Virus record (IMG/VR): IMGVR_UViG_3300032073_000001
Length of the DNA: 64,000 nucleotides
Strand: one strand, 5' to 3'
DNA from: an uncultured virus (IMG/VR IMGVR_UViG_3300032073_000001)
Taxonomy: Duplodnaviria > Heunggongvirae > Uroviricota > Caudoviricetes
Shown here piece by piece: positions 21,701 through 31,460 of this stretch. Both the position numbers and the translations under genes were made by a program. Numbering within the stretch: position 1 is the stretch's first letter; each line of letters opens with the position of its first letter. The notes beneath the pieces were generated by a model. That model was not told the DNA's origin. It was given only the letters and a program-made list of their open reading frames with translations, and made no database searches.

Positions 21701-24419
21701 TTTCTAATGCACCAATATCTCTCATTGTATATCGTTTATTGTCTGTAGGTATTGCAGTAACATCTGTTGGTTCGAATACATATGGTTGACCAATAAGAGT
21801 ATATAACGTCATCGAATTCGCAATATCCTCAGGAGCTTCAGGACGCATCGATGAATTTCCTTTTACATATTTGAATTGGCCTTCTTCTGTTAAGAATATT
21901 TTATCTATTCTTGGCATATAGGCAGTAATGTCATTTGTAATGATACTACCAGGCGAAGGAGCAAGAGCAGAGAATGCATTTGTACCTGAAGTAAATTCAA
22001 ATCCAGTAGTTGCACCAGTTGTGGCCTTTGACGGTCTAAAGTCTAGACAATCTCTTAGATCTACTAAACCACTTACTGCACTATTAAACGTAGGAATATC
22101 TTCATACTTAGTTACCTCAGCTGAAGCACTTGATGATGCATCATAATATGAATCAACACAGAAGTAATCTCCTGATGAATGTGTATAGAAATCAAATACT
22201 ACTGTTAAGTTTCCATTAGGAACACTTTGGCCACCTTTAAGAATTATCTTTCCTTCTTCATAAAAGTTTTCTGTTTGTCCGTTGTCTAAAGTAAATTTAT
22301 CTTTAACAGGTGCATTTGTAGAATCCGTAATACTTACTATTCGAATAATATCGTTTTTGCCTAAACCGTATTCTGCAGATCCGTTAGCAGTTATTGTTAG
22401 TGATTGTCCTGCGGTTCTTGTTTTTGTTTTTCTTGTAGAACCAGCATTATTTAATCTACGAATAGTTGCAATTACTTGAACCTTTTCGTTAGTAGTTAAA
22501 CTCATTCCGCTAAGTCCGGCCGAATTTAATCTAAACTGAGAAGCTCCAACACCGCTTACGACAGCGTTAGCTTCTACAACATTATTTGTATCAACGGCAA
22601 CTTGAATATCATCGTCATTTGCCAAAACACCACCTGCTGGGCATGTGACATCAATGTTACCATTTGAATCTACTGTTCCAGTCATATATGCTCTTACTTG
22701 ATAATCAGTGTCGACAGTATTTTGAACTGTACCATTTGCTGCAACTGTTTTTAATGTTTTGACTGCACGAACAGGCAATGGATAAATTAAACTTGATTGA
22801 CCGGCTTCAAATCTTTGTCCTTGAACTTCGAGTGTGGCCACAAATGTTTGTTGACCAGCATTTGTTTGTGATACGTTTGTTACATTTCCAAATACACCTG
22901 AAGACATTACAATATCAAAGATGTACATGTAATATGTATTCGTATCAAACTTTTCGAAACCTCTTACTCTTGCAGTACCAACTGCAGTAGGAGATGCTAT
23001 TGTTCCAGTATTTAATGAGATAGTATGCATTGTTGTAATGTCAGGCATTCCCTTCAAACCAGTCGTAGTTAACTTAACATAACCGCCAAGAGGTAATGTA
23101 GATACTGCAGCATTTGCTGTGGCTACATCGGTGGCCGATCTTGGTTTTTCATATACAATAGGGAACGAATCTTTTGTTTGAATTCTCTTACCTTTTACAT
23201 ATGCAACAGATGTTTCAATTTCTAAATGTAATCTACTTTTTCCAAAATTCTCTGCTTGTGAGGTATTCGTTACTGAAGATTCGGCCGCAATAATTTGAGC
23301 CGCATTTTTAAATCCAAAATTAGTATTGTCATTAAAGTAATTACCAATTGAAATAGGGAAATTACCAACAGCATAACTACCAGATTCTTCGAATGTTCTA
23401 TCTGCAAGTTTTTTATTTAACTCTGCCTTTGAACTATCATCTACAGATGCAAAGTTAGCAATACCGTTTTTAACTTCAAGTAAGAATATATAATTTGCTT
23501 TTGTTCTAGCAGCCAATGTAATTGGTTCTGCAATAAGTGATGTTGTAATTTGATATCTGTTTGCACCAGGTGCTGCAGTATTTGGAACACCTTGAGCATT
23601 ATCTACTAATGAACTATCTTCTTCCGAACTGATAATGTTTTCACTAATATTTAAACCGATAACAAACGAAGGAGTGTTTATATATTTTTTAAGAATAAGT
23701 GTTTGAGAAGGTACATATGTAAAACAACCTGAAATAAAGTAAACACCTTCTTCCATGTGTATGGCAGAACCTTTACCTGTTTGAGTTCCATTTGTAAGTG
23801 TCGAGTTAGTAGATGCCACTGATCCAACATATTCTGATGAACTTGCCGCAGTTTCACCCATAACTTTACCAACTCTAACTGTACCTGTTGTTGTTTTAAA
23901 TACTTCACCGGCACCAAAGGTTTTTACTGTTCTGTTCGTTGCACTTGATCCACCTGATTTTGTATATTTAATATACAAAGTTATAGGATCTGAACCATTC
24001 GATTCATGGGCTGGACCGGTACCTGCAGCTTGTGCTGCCAATACTTTTGCTTCTACTTGAAAGTTTCCAGTGTTATCTGTACCAATAATTGTTTTGCCAA
24101 CAAACTCATTTAAGTATGCACTTGTATCGTATGCTGCACCAGAACTAGTTGCAACCGTAGAATAAAATTCATCTTCAATTTTAATATAACAATATTCTAC
24201 ATCTAAAGTTGGTTTACCTGAAACAACTCTTGCACCATCTACAAATGCAAATTGACCAAATCTATCTAGCTGTGATTGAAAAGATGTTTGTAACTGTGTA
24301 AGCTCTCTCGCTTGTACAGCATATCCTGGTCTAAATAAGACTCTATGATAATTTTTACTTTCATCGTAATCATCATAGTACGGTGCACTTGTATATTTTT
24401 TTACTTTAGTTATTGCCAT
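18768..24419 (-). CDS. Large virion structural protein (DUF4815/VrlC-like)
   Basis: 1883 aa; PYYDDY...VLFRPGYAVQARELTQLQ start, RYTMRDIG.LEKRV.NLEYYTSL, DPLAQTF, DLKF motifs. Confidence 0.88.
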   Translation of the reverse strand: MAITKVKKYTSAPYYDDYDESKNYHRVLFRPGYAVQARELTQLQTSFQSQLDRFGQFAFVDGARVVSGKPTLDVEYCYIKIEDEFYSTVATSSGAAYDTSAYLNEFVGKTIIGTDNTGNFQVEAKVLAAQAAGTGPAHESNGSDPITLYIKYTKSGGSSATNRTVKTFGAGEVFKTTTGTVRVGKVMGETAASSSEYVGSVASTNSTLTNGTQTGKGSAIHMEEGVYFISGCFTYVPSQTLILKKYINTPSFVIGLNISENIISSEEDSSLVDNAQGVPNTAAPGANRYQITTSLIAEPITLAARTKANYIFLLEVKNGIANFASVDDSSKAELNKKLADRTFEESGSYAVGNFPISIGNYFNDNTNFGFKNAAQIIAAESSVTNTSQAENFGKSRLHLEIETSVAYVKGKRIQTKDSFPIVYEKPRSATDVATANAAVSTLPLGGYVKLTTTGLKGMPDITTMHTISLNTGTIASPTAVGTARVRGFEKFDTNTYYMYIFDIVMSSGVFGNVTNVSQTNAGQQTFVATLEVQGQRFEAGQSSLIYPLPVRAVKTLKTVAANGTVQNTVDTDYQVRAYMTGTVDSNGNIDVTCPAGGVLANDDDIQVAVDTNNVVEANAVVSGVGASQFRLNSAGLSGMSLTTNEKVQVIATIRRLNNAGSTRKTKTRTAGQSLTITANGSAEYGLGKNDIIRIVSITDSTNAPVKDKFTLDNGQTENFYEEGKIILKGGQSVPNGNLTVVFDFYTHSSGDYFCVDSYYDASSSASAEVTKYEDIPTFNSAVSGLVDLRDCLDFRPSKATTGATTGFEFTSGTNAFSALAPSPGSIITNDITAYMPRIDKIFLTEEGQFKYVKGNSSMRPEAPEDIANSMTLYTLIGQPYVFEPTDVTAIPTDNKRYTMRDIGALEKRVKNLEYYTSLSMLEKSASQIDFIANDGSGTSRFKNGFIVDGFYGHNMGNSSLPDYLVSIDKETGTLRPKFDERAINLVRATSDQTNSVSSAGAANGVDAKAIKSTKGGIVTMPHTTTPHITQPYSTYAEFINPYNVFVWEGSMKLSPESDEWKEVDVRPDIIHDDNSIYDQFVAMAEAQGILGTVWNEWETNWTGKDVTSSSVNTNVRNEEAQAMGFLNGNGRRAQIKTTTTATTLTGNQSRSGLTTSITSDLVKKEVGNYVVETNFIPFMRSRKISFDAELLKPETRMYAFFGGVDITAYCKQSAYSSGSAHVDADFKEFSDETSVITFENQTTFVNSSTFATEGGSLITDPAGRCVGQFIIPRNDILKFRTGVKTFKITDSSINGPDAETHASASFHAQGLLEIHQRTIIATKVPRLVTREISENGGVVEKTTTSTTNELVKWYDPLAQTFVVDGKTNTTYTEGSPPAETGIFAKSIGLYFNAKDAAIPVQVSIRSVENGVPTQNIVPGSDVVVYPGDVNISADASTVTTIPFDYPVYLERDTEYCVVLIANSDVYKVYVSEVGGFDLTDTTFRVTKQPYNGVFFTSANASTWTPEQTKDLKFILNRCVFTGDKAEIILNNDVIPPHDLGVTPLEYLTNSTNTEIRVHHKNHGMYGSGTSKVTLAGFAAENGLTAAHLNTTHTIKTDSKALNSYIITITGVACTTTGIVGGTKAGDAPLTATENQVYNVLRPYVENLQVPGTSLKAYITSKTGCTVDGSQTAFNSVAEEEILLNKNFIPNVPGAIPSSTIESDLSTGKGAIIRIELENGANDRISPVIDLNRASLICVENLINDPIANASNYTNVKQGALVAETVANGTSSIANYITRTVELANEADLIDLYLGVNRPAGTNIDVYYKVQESGNDVSFDTLPWVLDAPEVAIPINDNGRYSEAHYAINPPIGKFTRFAFKIVLRSTNSSNVPTCTDLRAIATT

Positions 24420-24450
24420 ATTGTTCTCTCTACTTTATATACTATGTATA

Positions 24451-25872
24451 TTAGAATTCAATTATTACTTTAATATCTTCTGTTTGGTTTGATGCTCTAT
24501 TAATAGGAGATCTATTCTCTAAGAATATCATTTGACCACTATCACCTAAAACTTCAGGACCTACAACCGCGGGATTATCAAGAGTAGCACTACCGCCACC
24601 TGCACCTGTTACTGTTTCACCATTTACAAATGCCTTATATCCGGTTTTAGAATTTTGGTGATAGTACAATCTTCCGTTCGTTGCATCAATTTCTGTAATA
24701 AAGGCCTTAGCACCACCAGCGCCGGTTACAATCGCGTCAAGTACAAATCCATTTGTTGGGTTTGAACCAGATAAATCTAGATAATATAATGCCTTTAATG
24801 TCGTTGCAGTAGCTACTGCTTGAGGAGCTGCAAAGTTTTGTGGCTTTTTAATTAATGAAACCTGTCTAAAATCTTGACCTACAACCAAATCTCCTGATTC
24901 TGTACCAGTTAAGAGTGTATTTATTCCTACATAGAATGCTCCTAATTCGTGGACTGGATCAACTCCATGACCAAGAGGTGGAGATATAACTACACGTGCA
25001 GTGGCTAGTGAACCACCGCCACCGGTTATTGATACTTGAGCTACAGTATAGTTTGTACCTTTTCTAGCTTGTGCCATTGTTATCGCAGTAATTTTATTGG
25101 CATCAGATCCAGTAGTAGGTCTTGTTATATCGGCCGTAACTACTGTAGCACCAGTTCCGTCTCCTGTAATAGTAACTGTAGGAGCAGATGAATAACCAGA
25201 ACCGGTATTTGTTATTTCTATTCTTTCAATACCTGCAGCTTGAGCATGATCTCTTGATGCCTTTTGGTTTAGGTATTGCGCATAGTCTGCTTCTGATAAA
25301 TCATTTTCTGCAGCAGCATTATTAACATATTCTGCATTGGTGTCAGCATCAATAAACGAAATAGTTTTAACGGGCATATAACTAGTCGTAAGGAATTTTT
25401 CTGCATCACCAACGGAAATAGTATACATATATTTCCAAATATAACCATCTGATTCTGCAGTAGGTGCAGGATTTGTTTGAGTAGGTTGTTGATTAGAAGC
25501 TCCTCCAGGTGCAAAGATACATTTGTATACTTTAAATTCTGAAGTTACAATATAAAAAGGATTATCATATATATTAGCATCGTCTGAATCATATGCATGA
25601 TACGAATTTCCTGCGGCCCATGTATGACGAGGAACCACATGTGATATATCACCTGCTCCAAGTTTCTTGAGACCTAACATGTTTTTCCATGCTTCTGCTA
25701 TATTCTCTTTGTTATCATAAGGCGTAAAGGCAGTTGTATCAGTGGTGTCTGCTGTGGTCAAAGACCATACATCAGATTTACCAATTCCAAGATACATACC
25801 TCCAGCGGCCACGTCTGCTTTAAAGTTCTCTGCGTTTAGAACTCTAAATGGTGTTGTTACTATTGCTGTCAT
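24451..25872 (-). CDS. gp8: Baseplate wedge subunit gp8
   Basis: VYKC, DGYIWKYMYTI, ENRSPINR...QTEDIKVIIEF C-terminus; synteny after gp6-gp7. Confidence 0.9.
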   Translation of the reverse strand: MTAIVTTPFRVLNAENFKADVAAGGMYLGIGKSDVWSLTTADTTDTTAFTPYDNKENIAEAWKNMLGLKKLGAGDISHVVPRHTWAAGNSYHAYDSDDANIYDNPFYIVTSEFKVYKCIFAPGGASNQQPTQTNPAPTAESDGYIWKYMYTISVGDAEKFLTTSYMPVKTISFIDADTNAEYVNNAAAENDLSEADYAQYLNQKASRDHAQAAGIERIEITNTGSGYSSAPTVTITGDGTGATVVTADITRPTTGSDANKITAITMAQARKGTNYTVAQVSITGGGGSLATARVVISPPLGHGVDPVHELGAFYVGINTLLTGTESGDLVVGQDFRQVSLIKKPQNFAAPQAVATATTLKALYYLDLSGSNPTNGFVLDAIVTGAGGAKAFITEIDATNGRLYYHQNSKTGYKAFVNGETVTGAGGGSATLDNPAVVGPEVLGDSGQMIFLENRSPINRASNQTEDIKVIIEF

Positions 25873-25884
25873 TTTCGTTTCCCG

Positions 25885-28053
25885 TTATGTTTGTAGTTCA
25901 ATATTACTCAATGAGCTATATCTATTTATACTAGTTCCCATGCCGTTTTGTATAGTTTTATCGAGGTATTCCTCAATCGGCACATTGTCCCTAAATTTTG
26001 TTACAAGGTCATAATCTTGTCTTCTATTATAATGATTGTTTCCTTGAATTGTTCTTGATCTATCTTCTAAGTGATTGAGTAATAATATTAATATTGGTTC
26101 AATATCTCTTGGTCTTATCTCTGAAGAAACTGCAGAACCAATTTTGATATGAGGATCTACCACATATCCGTTTCCGGCATTATTAATTGTTACACTGGTT
26201 ATTTCACCTTCAGCATCAATATTTAAAGTTGCTGTTGCTTGTACGTTAGTTGATAATAGATTACCTTCAACATCTGTCGAAGTAGGTGCATCAATAATAA
26301 GTGTTGGTGCTGTTCTATATCTTTTATCACCTAAGTTACTTAGATTTATTTCTTGTAATTTTCCTACATGAGGATTTGCCGCGACATGTGCACTCGCTGT
26401 TGTATATCCGGATCCACCTGCGGTGACTGTAATTGTATCTACTTGGCCAAATTCGTCAAGAGTACATACTGCCGTGGCTCCACTTCCATCACCAGAAACT
26501 GTTACTGTTGGTACGGCCGAAGGAGCTAATGGATAACCATAACCCCTGTTTACTGGTGTTATTGTTGCAACTGCTCCATTATTTAATGTCATTGTTGTAC
26601 TTGCAGTTGTATTTATTTTTGCTTCAATGTTTGGTGTAAAGAAAGAAACAAACGCTTGTACAAGTATCGGTAGATCTTCTATGCCAATTGCACCTGGTTG
26701 AAGTGTTGGCATTGAAGATAATGTTTTTCGATTTGTTCTACCATATATATCTTTATATGCATACTGTATATTTGTTTTTCCTGGTACTTGTGTTATACCT
26801 TCACCTGTAACTTCAAGAGATACTCTGCTACTATCGCCTAATACGTCTCTTGTTAATTGTGTTAAGAGTAAAATTTCTCCAAAGAATTTAAATCCGGCCG
26901 GATGTACCAGTTTTGAGAATGCATTTTTCCAATCAGAAACGTTTTTACCTGTTCTTATAAGATAACTAAACTTCTGATAAAAATCTGAATCTTGAATTTT
27001 TGTAGTACTACTTAATTGTCCTGCTCTATCAGAGTATGTACCATTCTGTGTAATTGTTAATACAGTGTTAGCGGCTATCGTTGCAGATTGAGACAAAGTA
27101 ATTGTAGGAGGTGAGGCCTGATTATCAAATGATGATATTGTAGTAGAAGCGGGTATACCTGTTCCTGTTACCTTTGCACCTAAACGAATAGATGTATTTG
27201 CCGCGGTTAAACCATGTGTAACACTCGTGGCAGTTGAAGCAATAGTAACTGTTGCAACCTCTCCTTCTACCCAATTACCAGAAGATGGTATTAATGTTTT
27301 ATCCCATGGTTCTTGAACTTCAACATCTTCATTAAATAATAGTCGAAAGAATATTTCAATTGAATCAGTAGAACCTCTTACTTTATAGAAATCAACAATG
27401 GTTTTATATAGTGTTCTCTTATCAACCTGTAGATCTCTTGGAATTGCTGCTGCAATTTCTCTTTGCATTAGCTCAAGATAATCTTCTGTATTCTCATCAA
27501 TATTAAGTGCTTCTTCAATGGCATTTAAAACATATGATGGACCTGGTCCTACCCAATATGTAACCTTCGTTGTTAATTTAATCGTTGCCGTATTGATTGC
27601 AGCAAGATTAGATATTGTAAAGGTTTTTCCTAATTTAGTTGTACTCTTTGCCAACGAACCGGGTAAATCATTACCATTTGATATCGTAATATTTGTTGTG
27701 CTTAACGGAATAACTTGTGTTGTTCCATCTATGAGAGTTGCAATCGCCGTTGAATTGGCACCTGAGGCATCATTAAAGAAATGATCATTTGAATTTTCAG
27801 GATCTTTAACACGAAAGACTGCTCTACCATTTAGGATAACATCACTATATGTTTCGGTTTCTGTATAGATAAACTCTTCCATATTATTAAACTTATAATA
27901 TGCTTGTAAGAGATTCTTAATACCACCAGCATTATCTAAAATATCCGATGGAATTAATTGCTCCAATCGTATATCTTCTTTGGTCTTTCTCTTTGTAGAG
28001 GCGACCGACTCGATATATCCAGGAGTCTGACTATGTGAACCGTATTGGGGCAT
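25885..28053 (-). CDS. gp7: Baseplate wedge initiator gp7-like
   Basis: FYKVRGSTDSIEIFFRLLF, IQDSDFYQKFSY, LVHPAGFKFFGE motifs; between gp6 and gp8. Confidence 0.8.
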   Translation of the reverse strand: MPQYGSHSQTPGYIESVASTKRKTKEDIRLEQLIPSDILDNAGGIKNLLQAYYKFNNMEEFIYTETETYSDVILNGRAVFRVKDPENSNDHFFNDASGANSTAIATLIDGTTQVIPLSTTNITISNGNDLPGSLAKSTTKLGKTFTISNLAAINTATIKLTTKVTYWVGPGPSYVLNAIEEALNIDENTEDYLELMQREIAAAIPRDLQVDKRTLYKTIVDFYKVRGSTDSIEIFFRLLFNEDVEVQEPWDKTLIPSSGNWVEGEVATVTIASTATSVTHGLTAANTSIRLGAKVTGTGIPASTTISSFDNQASPPTITLSQSATIAANTVLTITQNGTYSDRAGQLSSTTKIQDSDFYQKFSYLIRTGKNVSDWKNAFSKLVHPAGFKFFGEILLLTQLTRDVLGDSSRVSLEVTGEGITQVPGKTNIQYAYKDIYGRTNRKTLSSMPTLQPGAIGIEDLPILVQAFVSFFTPNIEAKINTTASTTMTLNNGAVATITPVNRGYGYPLAPSAVPTVTVSGDGSGATAVCTLDEFGQVDTITVTAGGSGYTTASAHVAANPHVGKLQEINLSNLGDKRYRTAPTLIIDAPTSTDVEGNLLSTNVQATATLNIDAEGEITSVTINNAGNGYVVDPHIKIGSAVSSEIRPRDIEPILILLLNHLEDRSRTIQGNNHYNRRQDYDLVTKFRDNVPIEEYLDKTIQNGMGTSINRYSSLSNIELQT
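25923..25930 (-). promoter_or_regulatory. T4-type late promoter TATAAATA
   Basis: Exact consensus ~50 nt upstream of gp8. Confidence 0.7.
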
Positions 28054-29918
28054 TATGATCTAAACCTTGATGTTGTTGTATAATCAATTGAACCAGTTGA
28101 ACCAGATACTGCGATCGTATCAATTTCAGGATATATCAGAACACCTGCTGCAGAGATATTTAAGAGCTGATCTCTTTTTGGTGCAATGTCTAATGAATCT
28201 GGTTTGATTGTAATTTTAATATCAGTATTCGAGAATGTACCATTGGCATTCGTTGGTACAAAGTTATTTAATACCACTTGACCAGTTGCCGTGGTGACCG
28301 TACCACAATCAGAGATGGCCTTAACTTCGACACCATTCACGAGTTTATAAACGTATACTCGACGAGCAGTCTGACCTTCTACCTCTTCGTCTCCGAAATA
28401 ATGATCGGCACCATTTATCTTAAAGGCACTCGACGATATCACGCTATCCTTTGTTGATCCACTCACATAGAAAGCACCCGTAAAGTTTAGCGTATGATTA
28501 TTCAAGGCGGTCGTGGCCAGAGGCGTGATCGTCTTATGCATAAATGGACGAACGGTCGAGTTCTGAATGGAAGGGTCGGCCGAATCAATTGCCTTCAGTA
28601 ATTGTGAATGACGAAATACACCATCGAATTTGTTTAGATTATTAAAGTTATAATCATCGATTGTATCTCTTACCACCGACTCGAGTTCTACACTCGAACG
28701 ATCGGTCAGGTTATTATTATATTTAAAGAAGACATCAAGATCGAGGTATGTATAATTAGGATCGACAAGTGTCGGTGTAATACTGACCACGTTCTTACCC
28801 TTTAGAATTGTATTCTTAATCTCTGACTTCTGATCGTCGGTTAATTTATCGGCGAGGACGGGCTTGACACACACATAGATCGCACCATAATCAGGTGGAT
28901 TATTATCTTCACCACCCCATGTAGAGAGGGCATCGATGTCAGAGAACTCTCTCTGAATGATCGCACGATAATCATCGGAGGTAACGGCCCGATTTTGAGA
29001 CGTAAATGTAAGAGGAGCATTATAACGAATGGACTCCATTGTTTCCTGATCGGCACCACCGGTGGCATTCGTCACGGTCGTTAATGTAATGTTAGAGTAA
29101 CCACCGATGTTATCCACCTTTGAGAAGGCAGACGCACCATTGGCATCCTTACCATTCGTGTAAACATAATCGACGGTCACGATATTATTGTTGGTCGGTT
29201 TAAAGCCGGTAATACCATCGCCGAAATATATCTCGTAGTATTCATTTGAATTCTCTTGAAGATGATAGATCTTTGATGTAGAGATCACATTGAGCAGCGT
29301 GGTAAACTTTGAATAGATGTCATAGGCCGTTGATTCCTGATTGGCCTGAACACGTACACGAAGTGTAGAGGTATCGACATCTTTATCGGATATCTGAAAC
29401 TTTTGTGTATCGAGATCATTATCCACTCTAAACTTCAGGGTCTTATATATGCCCTCGGCAATTGGCACATTTGTAAACGTATAGATTGAATTCACCTTCG
29501 AAGCGGTCTGAGTTTCTGTTGCAACAAAGTTATATTCTGATCCGTCTACAATTGAAGTAAACTTTGTACCACGAGGAAGAGATAATGTCTGAGGTGTATC
29601 TGCAATACCTGTTACATTCACTGTTACATTAATGGTTGCTCTCGAGGCCAGTTTAGAACGAGGTGTATAACCCAATAGATTGGCACGAGAAACAACATTA
29701 CCTCTTATCTGAGCAGAATCAAGAAAGGCCTCGTTCAATGCAAAATGAGCGGCCATTGCATTGTAATGAGTATTATAAGATAATACATCTAGAAGAACGG
29801 ATAGACCGGATCCTTCAAAATCATAATCATTAAATGTAGACTGAGTCTTCAAATAATTCTTGAGATTCAATTTAATCTGATCAAAATCAAGTTCTGTTAC
29901 TTTTAAGTTTGTTGCCAT
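28053..29918 (-). CDS. gp6: Baseplate wedge subunit gp6
   Basis: LDFDQIK.NLK.YL, DYDFEGSGLSVLLDVLSYNTHY, QNRAVT..DY, WGGEDN.PP.YG motifs. Confidence 0.95.
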   Translation of the reverse strand: MATNLKVTELDFDQIKLNLKNYLKTQSTFNDYDFEGSGLSVLLDVLSYNTHYNAMAAHFALNEAFLDSAQIRGNVVSRANLLGYTPRSKLASRATINVTVNVTGIADTPQTLSLPRGTKFTSIVDGSEYNFVATETQTASKVNSIYTFTNVPIAEGIYKTLKFRVDNDLDTQKFQISDKDVDTSTLRVRVQANQESTAYDIYSKFTTLLNVISTSKIYHLQENSNEYYEIYFGDGITGFKPTNNNIVTVDYVYTNGKDANGASAFSKVDNIGGYSNITLTTVTNATGGADQETMESIRYNAPLTFTSQNRAVTSDDYRAIIQREFSDIDALSTWGGEDNNPPDYGAIYVCVKPVLADKLTDDQKSEIKNTILKGKNVVSITPTLVDPNYTYLDLDVFFKYNNNLTDRSSVELESVVRDTIDDYNFNNLNKFDGVFRHSQLLKAIDSADPSIQNSTVRPFMHKTITPLATTALNNHTLNFTGAFYVSGSTKDSVISSSAFKINGADHYFGDEEVEGQTARRVYVYKLVNGVEVKAISDCGTVTTATGQVVLNNFVPTNANGTFSNTDIKITIKPDSLDIAPKRDQLLNISAAGVLIYPEIDTIAVSGSTGSIDYTTTSRFRS

Positions 29919-29976
29919 GTTATTCTCTCTTTATGTAATCAACCCTGGGTGTGTTCCGGCCCGGGGAAAAAAATTT

Positions 29977-30402
29977 TTATCTGAGCCTCCTTAAAACAAT
30001 TTCTACGTTCTGGTCTGTATTAAATTCTTTTATCCGGAATAAAACAGTAATCCTAAACGCTGTCCCTTGGGAGGCTTCTTCGACGTATATGGCCTGCAAG
30101 CTAATTCGCGGTTCGTTCTTAATTAATACTTCGCGTATGTTCTCTCTTAATGCTATACGTGTTATAACGTCGTTCGGTTCAAATAGTAATCCCCTTAGAT
30201 TGGCCCCTAATGTGGACTGAAAAGGCCTCTCATAGAAATTGGTTTGTAATAGATTCTTAACGGCGTTCTTAATGGCCTTCTCATCTCTTAAAGGTATTAT
30301 GTCTCCGTTACGAGGATGCGGGGTTAGTTTAAGATCAAGGTCTGCCCAACCTTTCTTTCTCGATACTAATGATTGTCCTGCGCTATCTGATAATCTACTC
30401 AT
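29977..30402 (-). CDS. gp25: Baseplate wedge subunit gp25
   Basis: AIKNAVKNLLQT...ERPF...G..L..LLFEP...EPRI pattern. Confidence 0.92.
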   Translation of the reverse strand: MSRLSDSAGQSLVSRKKGWADLDLKLTPHPRNGDIIPLRDEKAIKNAVKNLLQTNFYERPFQSTLGANLRGLLFEPNDVITRIALRENIREVLIKNEPRISLQAIYVEEASQGTAFRITVLFRIKEFNTDQNVEIVLRRLR

Positions 30403-30407
30403 AGATC

Positions 30408-30415
30408 TATTTATA
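30408..30415 (-). promoter_or_regulatory. T4-type late promoter TATAAATA
   Basis: Exact consensus, 5 nt upstream of gp25 ATG. Confidence 0.85.
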
Positions 30416-30425
30416 TCCTTTACTA

Positions 30426-30454
30426 TGTACTTTTTCTATTATATGTGTTATAAT
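30426..30454 (+). promoter_or_regulatory. Candidate early (sigma70-type) promoter antisense to gp5
   Basis: TGTACT-N17-TATAAT, same -35/-10 geometry as the seven minus-strand early promoters but without their AAGCA prefix. Confidence 0.55.
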
Positions 30455-30457
30455 ATA

Positions 30458-31255
30458 CTAGGTTATTGTCTTCTCACCGGTCTCTTCATCGTATGTTACT
30501 GTACTGCCACCGCCGTATGGTTTTGATGTCATGGTTGTGGCCGGTGTAGGACTGCTCGCTCCACCCGTACCCGGTACTTCTTCATGAACATGTGTGGCCA
30601 GTGTAGGTGCATTACCGGCGTCTGTTGAAACATCTCCAACCGAATGAGTTGTTTCTGAGACCCGTAGAGTCCCTGTCACACTCGTATTTCCTACTATATT
30701 TACAGTATTATTACTTGAATTAATCTCGACCGTGCCATCTGGGTGCAGCCTGAAGTATGTTCCGGTGTGATGTGTTACAATGATATCTTCTGCACCATCT
30801 GTATCGTTTATCTCTATGATGTTATTGGCCGGCGAAACGTAGACATGTTTGTTATGCGCTTCGTTCCGGGCCGGACTGGGCATATCTAATCCGATCTGAG
30901 TAGGATAAGACCCGGTAAAACCAGCCTGGGTGTCCCTGAGTTTCTCTGTTTGAGATGCTATAGAGCCTAATATAAGAGGATCCTGCGCAGAGGGTCCGTC
31001 TCTAAAGAAGCCCACCACCCATGAACCACTCATTAAACGATGGTTGGACCCTATACCCTGTACGCCGGCCGAGGTGGTAGGTCCCATAACTGTGGCCCAT
31101 GGTAGATTATCTGTTGATAGTATACCTTTATCCTCTGTATGAAAGCCAAAGCATCGTACCTTTACTCGACCGAGGTTCTCTGAATCAACGATATCTTCTA
31201 CTACACCAGTGAACCATACGAACTCACCGCCTATAAACTCATCATACTGTCTCAT
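30458..31255 (-). CDS. gp5: Baseplate central spike gp5-like (OB fold + beta-helix, no lysozyme domain)
   Basis: WFTGVVED..D...LGRVKVRCFGFH...LPWA...WVVGFFRDG..AQDP; only 265 aa; C-terminal HVH. Confidence 0.88.
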   Translation of the reverse strand: MRQYDEFIGGEFVWFTGVVEDIVDSENLGRVKVRCFGFHTEDKGILSTDNLPWATVMGPTTSAGVQGIGSNHRLMSGSWVVGFFRDGPSAQDPLILGSIASQTEKLRDTQAGFTGSYPTQIGLDMPSPARNEAHNKHVYVSPANNIIEINDTDGAEDIIVTHHTGTYFRLHPDGTVEINSSNNTVNIVGNTSVTGTLRVSETTHSVGDVSTDAGNAPTLATHVHEEVPGTGGASSPTPATTMTSKPYGGGSTVTYDEETGEKTIT

Positions 31256-31437
31256 TCTTTTATATGTCCTCTTTTGGTCTCAGGTTTGCTTCTCCTTCGC
31301 GGATCAGCCGAGGCCTTAGTTTTGATCAGTCTCTTCCCTACTACCCTATACTGATTTACGCTCAATTTTTTTTCATATGTCCAAATAAAAAGAAATGCAT
31401 TTATATATTTTGAAAAAAAATCCCAAACCCTTCCCAT
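31252..31437 (-). CDS. Possible small hypothetical protein
   Basis: Fills the gap between hub and gp5, with an ATGA overlap onto the gp5 start; weak RBS, low complexity. Confidence 0.3.
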   Translation of the reverse strand: MGRVWDFFSKYINAFLFIWTYEKKLSVNQYRVVGKRLIKTKASADPRRRSKPETKRGHIKE

Positions 31438-31460
31438 TATTTCTTTCGTTTTTTTAAAAA

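Noticed and set aside
219..27784. Plus-strand ORFs of 60-190 aa opposite fibre and baseplate genes (e.g. 219..692, 11323..11649, 15249..15821, 17034..17450)
   Set aside because: Antisense shadows of strongly biased minus-strand genes; no RBS and V/P/L/T-rich mirror composition
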